From the NCBI GenBank assembly GCA_054661495.1, contig BAAFSQ010000011.1, positions 54,490-86,489 on the forward strand: DNA of 32,000 nucleotides, given 5' to 3'. This stretch comes from Zygophlyctis sp. KS116 (Eukaryota > Fungi > Chytridiomycota). Position numbers and translations under genes: made by a program. Position 1 is the stretch's first letter, and the number at the start of each line of letters is the position of its first letter. Of this stretch, positions 9,942-21,547 are shown in pieces. The notes beneath the pieces are model-generated. The model saw nothing but the letters and a program-made list of their open reading frames with translations, searched no databases and was not told where the DNA came from.

Positions 9942-11510
9942 ATGAGTAATCTCTCTACACTTGGAGTGGCTATTTGTGTCCCGCTTGTAGTCATATTTGG
10001 GATCATTGCACTGCTAAACACTAGCCATATTTACAAGGACGATTCAATTATATTTTACTTAACGGCGAGGAATACCTTTGGTGCAAGGATGATTACTCTC
10101 TCGTTTTTTGGAGTGACTGTTGGGACTTGGTTATTCCTTATTCCATCAGTACTGATTGCAGATCCAATTCAAGGATCGGGTTGGATTGGCCTAACTACTT
10201 ATTCTCTGTCTTATTTTGGTGCCACATTTATGATTGCTTGGGTGGGAAGTAATATAAAGGAAAAATATCCAGATATTATTTCTATTGGAGATTATGCAAA
10301 GAGTAGATTTGGTTATTTATCTCAAATTCTGATTACTGGAGTTGCTTTTGGAAATATGATTATGGGTATGTATTTTTATGATAATATATAGCAATGGCAG
10401 AAGATTATACAGCAATAGGAATTATTTTCTCTCAAATTTTAGATATTCAACCTTTATTTCCAATATTAACAGTTGGAATTGTTACATCAATATATACATC
10501 AATAGGAGGTGTTTATGTTTCTATAAGGGCTCATCAGTATCAACTGGTATTTGCTTCATTACTACTTTTAATTACTGTTACATATTTGGGAATTAATTTT
10601 GATTGGAAGTCTTTGGGAGAATTGCCGCCCAATTTACGAGGAAATGTTTATGGTGCAAGATCGTTAATTACTCATACGATTTCGGTTTTTTCTAGTTTAT
10701 TTTTTTCAGATGCAATGTGGCAAAGAGTTTGGGCTGCAAAAGATAGAGACGCTTTAAGGAAAGGTGGTCTTTATGGTGGGATTTTGAGTGGCATTTTTGT
10801 TTTTATTTTTGGGTTTTTTGCTTTTTTGTCTTCTTGGTCGGGTTATCAAGGTTCAAGTAAAAATGCTATTTTTAATATCTTGAATTCTGGAGATGGAGCA
10901 CCATATTGGATAATAATAATTCTTGCAATGCTGGCAATTGTAATGAATGAAACTACTATTGATTCTGTACAAAACGCTCTCGCTAATTCTCTTATATCTC
11001 TTGCCATTGCTTTTGGTGTTAAATTATCGCTTAACTGGACAAGAATTGTGGTTTTTGTGATTAATATTTTGATTATATTGATTGGAATTCAGGGGCTAGA
11101 TATTGTTTCTTTGGCTTTGTTTTCAGATATGATGACATCTTTTGCTATGGCTCCGATTCTTTTGAGCATGTTCACGTGCTTTGATAATTATATAAGTCAA
11201 CCTTCGCTTATCTTTTGCTACGTTTTTTCTATGATTGGTCTTTTTCTTTATGGTTATTTTTGCACGGTACTTATTATAACATTAATTAGAGGGATCTATA
11301 TTTCATGGTGTTTATACCTTTGTCTATCTTTCTTATGACGCTGGGGCCTTTGCCGTAGTGTTTTTTGGGCCAGTTTTGGGCTTAATAGTATGGAATCTGT
11401 TTGAAAGATTCTTGATGTCTACAAAGTATGGGCGTCATAAATTGATAAAAATGACTTCGTCAGAACATCAAAATTCTGATGACTTATTCTCAGACTTTGA
11501 ATACGTTTAA
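9942..11510 (+). CDS. Sodium:solute symporter family transporter (DUR3/DUR31-like, urea/polyamine); introns 10366-10391 and probably 11267-11291
   Basis: FYLTARNT, SIGDYAKSRFG, IYTSIGGVYVS and WQRVWAAKD motifs; many TM helices; last exon GSIFHGVYTFVYLSYDAGAFAVVFFGPVLGLIVW... to TAA at 11508-11510. Confidence 0.85.
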
Positions 11511-11541
11511 AGCAAGGAACTGAATTAAATAATATTGTATA

Positions 11542-14500
11542 TTATGTGCAAGAAATTTTTCTTAAAAGGGCATCGGAATCTTTACCTGCAATTGTACAGA
11601 GTTCCTTAATTGCTGCTTCATATTTGACATTGGTCTTGATGGATTCTTTATAATTAAACTTCAAATCTTCCAATTCTTCTAATAAATCTGGATTTTGGGA
11701 TGCTAGTTTGGTCTTTAATTTCATATTTTCTCTTTCTAATGCTCTAGCCTTCGTAAGGAGCGCCTGATCGGAAGTTACAAGACCCGTTCCTCGCAGAGAT
11801 GTGTCGTCTGCAAGCTCTTCAGTCAGTCTGCTAGTTCTGCTCCTCGAAAGATCCAGATCCCGCTTAAGTCGTCGATTTTCAGTTGCAAGGAATGACTCGG
11901 CTCCTTCATCTGGATACATTAGCTTTTGGATTATAGCATCTTTTTCGTTAATCCTATTCGTCTATATTGTTAGTAAAATTATTCTTAATACATTTTTGGC
12001 AAGATCTTGCTCTAGATTCTTAATCGTTGCTTTCAGCTGATCTACTGTACCCAGATTGATTCCGTTTGATCCTATATTACGGTGAATCATGGCGATCTCG
12101 TTTTTCATTGAGTCGTTATGGATTTTTAATTCCTGTATTTGTGCGGAAAGCGCACTGTTTTTAGTGGTTTCTTTTTTGTACAACTTTTGAGTCTTGGCAT
12201 TTTCCTCTTCTAATCTAATATTATTTAAATTGCTTATCATACCTAGCACTCTGTCGAACGTAGATGTCTGCATTCTTTCGCTCATCAATTGCCTGATCTA
12301 GCTCCTCACGAAGCTTTTTAAGATCTCTTAATGCTTCTTGATGTTTAACAGGATTAATGATGGACTTCTTCATCAATTCATTCTCTGACTTGACCTTTTC
12401 GATTGCCCGAGAAAGCTGATCAATTATTAGCAAGAGCTCATTAGATGTTTTACCCTTGTATTCAGAACGTTTTTTGGGTAATGATGGTAGTTCAAGTGAA
12501 GTTTTATGGAAGGTTTCCGTTTCCTTTTCCTTCAAAGCTTGCTTTAGTGCAGCAGACTGACGCTCTTTTTCCAATTTAATTTCCAATATATCACTTTCCA
12601 ATTTCAATTTTTCTTTTTCTAAGATCTTGCACCGTTCTCGTTCTTCCTTCAGGATTCTTTCATTTTCTATCTGAATTTTCCTAACCGAGTTGTCAAATTT
12701 AGAGGAAGATTCTACATCTTCCGCATCCTTTCCTAGAGAATGATCCATCAGTTGTTCTTGAAGTTTCAAAATAACTTCCTGTAATACTTTTTCCTGCTCT
12801 TCATATTTTGAAAGGTTTCTTTCGTATTCAAGACGTTCTTCATTGATTTTCTTATTATACTCCACGTCGATGGCAATGATCTTTTCTTTTAACCCATTTA
12901 TAACCAGTAAGTTTTCTTCTACAGTCTTCTGCAATTCGTCTTTTTGAGCTGAATCATTATTAGCTAGGATGCGATTGTTCAATTGTGAGACTTTAGACGA
13001 TAATCTTGTACGATCTCTTTCAATTCGTTCTAGAGTTGCTCTTAAAGAGACAACATTTTTTTCTGAATTACAAAGCTCTTTTGTCTTTATTGAGAGCTTT
13101 GACTTAAAAATCTCCAGCTTCTTGTTCATTTTCTTTTCAAATTCCCATCTCTCCATTTTTGTTGGTTCATCATTCACTTGTGTGGCAGCAGCTTTTTGAG
13201 CATCTTCGACCCAAGAAATATCAATAACTGGTTTATCCGGCTCGCTGACATTTCCACCCAAAGTTACCATTTTCTGCGCAGCGCTCTTTAATTCACTAAC
13301 CAGTCTTAAAATTGTTTCATTCTGTTTCTTTATTTCATTCTCATTTTCAACTGTTATATTAATTATGTTTGTACGTACCTTTAAATATTCTGAGTTTCTC
13401 AACCTCTACTTCCGTTTCATTGAATTCCTGACATCGCTTTTCATATGAAGCGCACGCTCTAAATTTAAGAAGCACTAAATTGTTACTTTGCATATTTTGT
13501 TTCTAGTTGAACATTCTTCTCGTGTAGGGATGAAGTCTGTGTATCAATTAAAGTTTGAACCTGAAGGCTGATATTATTTTCCTTGATTTTGTTCTCAACA
13601 GCTGCTTTAGCAGCTTCTTCCAATGAAGTCCTCAGCTAGAAATAAATGAAAATAGTTGTACCTTCTGAATAACCCTTGTTAAAGAAGTGATTTTAGAATC
13701 TTTTCTGTCTGTCTCTTGTTTTAGTTTAGCATATTGATCTTGAAGCTCCTTTGAAGGGGATAAACTAATCTGATCATAAGATTCGTCAAGTTTTTGTTGA
13801 AGTATAAGGAGCTGATCTTCCTTTGAATTTAAAAATTTAAGATATGGTGTACCTTCTCTTGAATATTAAAATTCTTTTGCTCTATTTCTTCTTCTAGTTC
13901 TTTCACTTTATTCTTCATGGTTTCTGTTTCGTTTAGTGCTAAATCTTGGTTGATCATAATTTGATTTTGAAGCTCTTTGACTTCGGATGTCTAAATATCA
14001 GCCTCATCTGTGATGATACCTTTGCATTCAAAAGTTTTTCTAGATCAGAAACCAAATCAGAGTTAGGATTTCTATTGCAGTTAATCAAATGTGGTAATAC
14101 TCTTCAGAATTACGACTTATCGGTATAATTTCCGGTTTGAGTTTAAGCTTTTTTAAATTCTCGTTAGTTAGATTATTAATTTCAGAAGTTCGCTTAGACG
14201 CTTCTCTGGCCTCGTCTTCTTTCTGGTTGGCGATCTCAGTCTGAAGCTCTTGAATCATATTCCGATATTTTTCTAAAGTCTCTTCCTTTTTAGAGAGCTG
14301 CCGCTTTAAGCTGCTGATAGTCTCCTCTGCAACTCGAATGAGCTCTTCTCTTTCATTTGAAAAAGATGCTTTTGATGAGATACACGGCTTTAGATACTTA
14401 CATTGTTTGTGCACAATCAGTGGCTTTTTACTAGAGCTCGCTAGCTTTGTGTTAATAAGCTCCATTTCTCTGTCTCTCAGTTCGGACATCTGATTATCCA

Positions 14501-17500
14501 GTGATGATTTAAGGGTAAATATGTCTGTTTCTAATGAAACGATTTTCAATTCCTGTGCTTTTGCCAGCTTTGTTCTATCAACTAAAAGTCGCAAACATGC
14601 TTCTAATTGCGCTCCTACCGGTAATGATCTATCCGGAAGAGATTGTTTAAGCTATCTATAACTACAAACAGTATTACCTCTGGAGAAGAAGCCGCTAATA
14701 ATATCTGCTCTCTCTCTTCGTCATTTTGAGAAAGTTGATTTTCTAATCCATCGATCCTGTATTCCCATTCTAACTGCTTGCAGTACATTTCCTGTTGTAA
14801 ATTCACGCAATCCTCCTCCAACTGTGTGATTCGAGCTACAGATGAAGCAAGTTCACGGCTAAGAGCCTCGCAAGATTCTCTCGAACGATTTAAATCTCTA
14901 TTTAATGATAGATCATTGAGCTGAAGCTTTGACATTCGTGAATGCCACTCCGATAAGCGTCTTGCGGAAGATGACGAATCCTTTAACGCAGAAATAAGCT
15001 CTTCTTGTGATTTAATCTTCAGTAAATTATTTTCAGAATCAGCTATTTTTAATCTATGTGAACAAATACCTATAAGTCTTTGACGTTCTTCAATAATCCT
15101 TAGGAATTCCACTTTAAATTTTTGCTTTTGCTGATCCATCATATGGATTAAATCACAAGTGCGCTATTTAATAAGTAAATGTTTAAAATATACATCATAT
15201 TTTTCTAATGGAATAGATCCAGTAAGTTTAGATCGTAAGTCAGAATTATTATTCCTCAAAAGGTGGACTCGATTTTTATGTTCTAGTCTCATCTTAAAAA
15301 TCATATTGTCCTTTTCATCAAGTGCATTTTCTAGCTAATATTAAGAAACAGGAAACGTACCTGGATGTTACTGTGTTCTAATTTGAGACACTTTTCTTGT
15401 ATCTTTTCCATTTTTCGTAGTAAATTTACTTCATTCATCTGCAATGTAAGTATATGATGGTGTAATTTTCCAATCAATAATTTTTCATCATTTTCCATTT
15501 GCAGCTCTCTAATAGCAGCTCTTAGAATTTCTTTTTCTCGCACTTCAGAGGCTCTAAGGGTAGATAGATCAGATGCTTGATTCTGGGCCAAAGACACCAA
15601 GTCCCTTTCTAGAGTTTAATGTATTCAAATTACCCCTTTTCAGACCTTCCGACAAGTTGGATATTTCCAATTTATAAGATTCCAACTGCTGTAATATTTT
15701 TTCATGATCTTTCTTGGAAGCTCCTCCCTATTAGTCAAAACTAAGTAGCTATCCTACTTCAAACTCCATTTTAATGTTCATGATTTCTGTTTCAACTTTT
15801 ATGGTTTCATTTTTCGACTCCATATACAGATTTTCTAAATTTCGAATTTGAGTCATCAGCTTTAAAGTTTGCAAAAGAAAATTACCTCGACCTCCGTATC
15901 TTTCGCATCCTTAAGAGCACGTTCTGCTAATTCAGTTCGTTTTTCAAGAACTGTATTTAGAACTTCTAATTTCGAGATTTTCGCCTTTTCTTCAGACAAA
16001 TTTTTGAAATTAGAGTCAACCTGATTAAATTCACCAATCGCTGTATTTAAGCTCGTTATCTGAATGTTAGTGATATTAAATTCCTACAATTTTTTGGGCT
16101 TCAAATAACTGCACTTCAAGACTGTGCGCCTTCGCTTCAATTTCTCTATATTTTGATATTTCATTGTCTTTTCGGGTTTTAACCTGAGTCCAACACATTT
16201 CTCTTTCAAGTAAAATTTTATTCTTTGTGATCGCCAAGTTAAACTTGTGCTCTAGCTTCATATGATTTTCCAACGGAACAGATTCTGAGATTAAAATATT
16301 TTTAAAAAACCTGACAGTTCAGCTTGAAGGCTGCTGATTTTATCTCTGTGTTCAGACTTTGATTTTTGGAGTCTGATTATCGTAGATCTTGCAACACGGT
16401 CCAAATTAGAAAGATCGTTCTGCTATGATAAAAAAATTATTACCTTTAGTTTTTGAACTTCCTTAATAAGTGATTGCTCGGACTCAGTCGCTGCTATGTA
16501 TCTTCGTGTAAGAGCTTCCTCATTCACTTTGAACACAACTAATTTGCGTTGAGATTCAATTAGAGCTTCCTTAATATCATCAGAAGTGCTTGAATTTAGG
16601 ATCAGATATTTTTCCAGTTCCTCCAGTTTGATGACTGCCTTCTGGCGCTCTTCTTCGGCCTTTGAGATATTCTTGAATGAAATTTCTTTGGCCTCCTCGG
16701 CCATTCGCTTGAACTCTTTGTTTTGTTTGAAGAGATGCTTCAGGTGACCTGCCAATAGTGTATAAGAATTCTAGTAAATGAACTTTGCACGGTCTTTACC
16801 TTGGTCTGTTCCAGTAAAATACGATTACGAGCCAGGCTTTTGTCTTTCAGTTTAGTTGCCATTAATGCTTCGATTAGCTGGTCTGCCAGCGACGAATATC
16901 CGTTTAAAGAACCAAGAGCTAAAAATTAATTATGCATTGTAGCACACCTAGCTCTGGGGGGATTTTATACAATCTTCTATTTGGCGCTTCAGCCTTTTTT
17001 TTCCAAATATCAATCTCTTTAATAAGCTCCTCATTCTTCTCTAGACTATCTTTGTAATTTTCGAGCAGTTCTTCATTTTTATGCCTTTCATCTAAAAGTT
17101 GTTCACGGAGCGACTTCAGATAAGCATTCATCAATGACTTACAGAATTAATTTCCAAAATACCTTTATGGACGTGCGTTTCAAATGTGACAGAATTCCCT
17201 TCCGTTGGGGCACCTTTTTTAGTCTCAATAGCTGCAATAAGTCTATTAATAATTTCAGTAGTGCCAACTCCCTATTAATAAATAAAAAAAAGCAAACCAT
17301 CGATATATTAGATCCAAATCTTTGTGAGGTTTTAGTGTTATTTGATGTTGAAGAAACCAAAGTGACAGATATCTCTTTGACAGCATTTTCAAGCAGTTTA
17401 TTTTGCTCAGAAAGACTAGTCATCTTTTTCTAATATTATGAATACTTTTCTTGTACCGTCATCGTTTTTGTTTCTTCTCTGGCATCTGAAGCTTCAACAT

Positions 17501-19696
17501 GGGCACGCTCCAACTCCATAACTAACTTGTCCAATTCTTTACCCTGTAAAACTGGCTTAGCGACAGCCTTTTGAGAGCCTTTGCATTAATCAAAGTCATT
17601 GATATCGTACCGCCAGAAGGATCAATTCCATGTTTTAATTTGGCAGCATATTCCTCCACTGCTACAAGATCTTCGACGCTTAAACCTAACTCAACAGCTC
17701 TAGAGCCACGCTAATTAATTATGATTATTTCAAAATACATTGATTGAGTAAGTTCTCATCTTTGATTTTAGATCTAGCCTTTCTTCCTCTAATTTTTCAA
17801 TTTCCTTTTTCAAAGTATCAATCAAAGATTTTGATTGCTCCTAATAAGAATTACAAATCAAAATCTACCAGCTCAATGATTCGAAGGTGTCTAATATTCG
17901 ATAAATCAATTCTTGTTCTATCTTTAATTCCCAATTTATGTCTGAATTCTTCATTTTCCTCAAATAGATCGCTAACCTAGAAATAAAACGATTAAAAATT
18001 ACTTGCGATTCCAAATCATTGATTTTTTGAACCAAAGAAGAGATTTCTTTCTCATTCATATTTTTTCTTGCTCTCAGATCCTTAATATCCCTGACAGCTT
18101 CATTCAAACCATATCCTTGCAATTTAAGTAGACTCAAACTCACCATCTTCATATTTTTCTATCTTTTGACGTAGAGACACTAGTTCAGAATCTCTTTGAA
18201 CTAAGAGTTCTTCAGCCCTACTCAGCTGTACTTGAGTCTCTTCAGATCTTTTCTGGTATACTTCCACCCTCTCCTTGAGACTAATTAATTGATTTTGTTG
18301 ACTCCTAGTAGAACCAAAATCAGTAACTCCCTAAAAAATTACAGAATTTTGTTGCCTTTGAAGCCGACAATTTTTCCAATTTTTCCCAATCTAAACCAAG
18401 AATTTCAAAATCTTTGTAAGACTCATCCAACTTTGTGCGAAGTTCTGTAATAATCATATCTATTGCATTATGTAATAAAATTATAAACCTTTTTCAATAA
18501 TAATCTTGTTTTTCGACTCAATTTCTGAAATATCCAACTGCCTTTGAGCACTTTCTAATTCTGCCTGTAACTTTTCTACAGTTAAATCCTTTTCTGAAAG
18601 AGATGCTTGAGATTTTTTATATAATTTCTAAAAATCAATTTGTAGAAATTACTTTATTTTTAGAAATTTCATCTTTGAGTTTTGCCAATTCTTTAAAGTT
18701 GCACTCTTCCTTTATCCTCGATTGTTCCAGTAAATCCTCTATTCTCAATGATAAAGAATCACGTTCCTTTGTTAATTCAATGATTGTAGCATCATTTTTA
18801 GAAATCAAGGAGAGTGATTCATCTCTTTCAGCATGAAATCTGGTTTTTTAAGAAAATAAATCCCTACCTATCTAATTCATTTATCGCCACCTCTAATTCC
18901 TGAGTCATTGCATCAATATCTTGAGCCATATTTGAATTTTGTACATTTAACAATTGAATTTCAGTTACATAGCGTGACAATTGATTATTTTTATCCTTGA
19001 CCTGCGCCTTGACCTGCTCTTCTTCAAAATTTTTATTCAAAAACCGATCTTTTTGAGTTGCTAATTGATTCTGTAAATCGCGAGAATCTATATTTTAAAA
19101 TTTAAAAAATACCAGATTCTAGTCTTGCATTAGCTTCTCTTAAACTTTGTAAATTTGCCTTTTCATTTTTTAGAGTCTAGATTTGTTAAATTTAAAAAAT
19201 ACAATTGTGAGTTCCTGTACTGCAAGTCTTTCAGAATCCAAAGCGTCTTCAGCCCTCCTTAAATCCTTTTCTAAATTTTCCTTTACTTGTTCTAAATCAT
19301 ATATTTCATCTCTTAAATCCCTTAATTCTCCCAAATTTGCTCCTTGACTAGGAATCACCAGTCTAGAAATCCTTCGTTCTTCTCTAATTTGAGTCTAGTT
19401 TTACTAAAATATAAATTACAGTTAAACTTGCTAATTTCGAGTCTGCATCTTCCAAATAAATATTTTTAAGTTCCAAAGACAATTGCATTAATTTTACCAT
19501 TTGAAGTAAATCCAATCTTTCTGCATTATCTACATTTGCTGTTATTAATTCATCTTGAATTTCATCTAATGTAGTCTGCGCTTCTTCTACATCCTTCAAG
19601 TTAATTTCCTCTAATTACTTTTGATAATTCCTCAATATTACAAGACTTTATCTTTGTCCAATTTGGAATTTGAGTCTTGAAAGAGAATGAATTCAT
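11542..19696 (-). CDS. CEP290: Centrosomal/transition-zone protein CEP290, about 2,400 aa of coiled coil, about 35 introns of 24-33 nt
   Basis: Blocks resembling CEP290: PNWTKIK at the N-terminus, YGLNEAVRDIK, DLFEENEEFRHKLG, RGSRAVELGL, NRLIAAIETKK, KVNEEALTRRY, DEKLLIGKLHHHILTLQ, LPDRSLPVGAQLE, ERWEFEKK and LLEELEDLKFNY. I spliced it by hand into one continuous frame from the ATG at 19696. Confidence 0.9.
18331..18355 (-). other. Non-canonical intron in CEP290: GC-AG (25 nt), or alternatively GT-TG (18315-18342, 28 nt)
   Basis: I found no short GT-AG pair that restores the frame here. AAG|gcaacaaaattctgtaattttttag|GGA does, and so does T|gtaattttttagggagttactgattttg|GT. Confidence 0.6.
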
Positions 19697-19885
19697 TACT
19701 TATCCGGACGCGCATATTCCACCGATACTTGTTGATCTGGCTTGATCAGACTGATATAATGGTCTGACTGGATTTGCCTTATGATTGTGTAATCCTGGGG
19801 ACACTCTTAAATCTATTAAAAGAAACTCATATAATCATAAATTTTCAAGATAGATTCTCTTTTCTCTTTAAAAAATTCAAAGATT

Positions 19886-20267
19886 TTAAGCCTTGGCAGT
19901 CTATTTATTAAAAATTTAAAAATAATTACCTTTGGTCTGAATCGCTGTGGAGGAGTTCTAATTCTTCTTCCAACTCTAGATCTTACTCTTACAACTTTAG
20001 AATGAATAGCACAAGAGACACAATAGTGTTGTTTAATGTAAAGTTTAGGAAGAGCATATTCTTCATAAACAGAAGCATCAGCAATATCTCTAACAGCAGC
20101 AGCTTCAACCATATTTCTAATTAAAAATCTCTTGATCGCTTTATCTTTAGGACAAAAACGAGAACAATTTAAACAACGGATGGATTTAGTATGTCCTCTT
20201 CCATTCTTGTTACGTCCATGATTTCTTCTTTTGGTTGTCTAGATTTAGAGGAAATTGAATTTACCAT
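19886..20267 (-). CDS. RPS26: 40S ribosomal protein eS26; introns 20239-20264 (directly after ATG) and 19901-19929
   Basis: [39 protein letters not shown]...[11 protein letters not shown]...[25 protein letters not shown]; last exon TAKA*. Confidence 0.97.
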
Positions 20268-20304
20268 TTTTCAATTGAAAAAAATTCAGATTCCGACGCC
20301 ACTT

Positions 20305-20398
20305 GGGATCCTTATCCTATGGTCTTGTCCTATGGCCAGTGTTGGTCACCATGGACCTACTATGGACCTTGGTATGGACCTACCATGGGTGTGGTCTT
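20305..20398. promoter_or_regulatory. GC-rich array of short YATGG/ATGGACCT repeats in the RPS26-CDF divergent promoter
   Basis: YATGG at 20318, 20331, 20350, 20361, 20373 and 20384; ATGGACCT three times. A regulatory role is inference. Confidence 0.4.
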
Positions 20399-20444
20399 AA
20401 AATGCGTATGCAGTAGGCTTAAAGGGGGCTTCCGAGTACAAGAA

Positions 20445-21534
20445 ATGTCAGACAAAACAGACGATACTTTAGAACAGGGAATAGACATTGATGGACCGCT
20501 AGATCCTTTTCATTTAAAGAGTTTTCTAATGCAAGAATCTGATTTAAAACAGAAATCTAAAAATGTAAAACAGTTTTACAAGAGGCAAAATCAGCTTATA
20601 AGTCAGTTGCTGGAGGATCAGGAGCCGCAAGAGGAAGATGCTGGGCTAAAGGTTAAAATTGCTATTTATGGATCGGCAGGGGCAAATTTCTTATTGGTTA
20701 TTTTACAATTATCTGCTGCTATTACTTCTGGATCATTGGCTATTTTAGCTACTGCTGCAGATGCAATTATGGATCTGGTTTCATCAATAATTATTATTAT
20801 TAGTAATAGAGCTGCAGCTGGTGGGAAAGTTGTAAATTATCCTACTGGAAAAAATAGAATGGAAACTGCTGGAGTTGTAGTGTTTTCGACTTTAATGGCA
20901 ACTGTGTCGGTTCAAGTTATTATTGAAGCAGTAAAAGATTTGGCGAATCATACAAGGCAAGTTGAATTTGGGAAATTTAGTTTGTCTTGTGTTGGAGTTG
21001 CACTAGGTATGTTTTTTGGGTTAAAAAGTAGTCATAAAGACTGGATTATATCTTTATTGTTCAACTCTAACAAAATATCCTACTCCAAGGATTTTGGCTA
21101 TGGATCATAGGAATGATGTGGCTTTTAATTCTTGTGGATTGATTTTGGCGGCTCTAGGGGCTTTTGTTTTGTGGTGGTTGGATCCGGCTGGTGCAATTTT
21201 GATTTCTCTCTTGATACTTCGTACTTGGACTAGTACAGCTTTAGAAAATATTTCTTATATTGTTGGGAAATCTGCAGATCCTTTCTTTTTGCAAAAATTG
21301 ACTTATGTTGCTCTAACTCATGATTCTAGAATTTTAAAGGTTGATACTTGTAGAGCTTATCATTCTGGGAATAATTTTGTGGTTGAAATTGATATTGTTC
21401 TTCCGCCAGATATGCCATTAAAAACATCTCATGATATTGGAGAGGCTTTACAATTCAAACTAGAGACTCTAGATCAAGTGGAAAGAGCGTTTGTACATAT
21501 AGATTATGAAACAGCTCATAGACCAGAGCATTAG
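20445..21534 (+). CDS. Cation diffusion facilitator, Mn-CDF/MTP8-11 type; intron 21007-21031
   Basis: FYKRQNQLI, SGSLAILATAADAIMD, YPTGKNRME, DHRND, RAYHSG and ERAFVHIDYETAHRPEH motifs. The likely start is MSDKTDD at 20445. Confidence 0.9.
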
Positions 21535-21547
21535 GATTAATACGAGT

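Noticed and set aside
20319-20444. W/Y/G/P-rich N-terminal extension of the CDF transporter in the ORF track
   Set aside because: It translates the promoter repeat array and would start only about 50 bp from the divergent RPS26 ATG; MSDKTDD at 20445 is a more plausible start.
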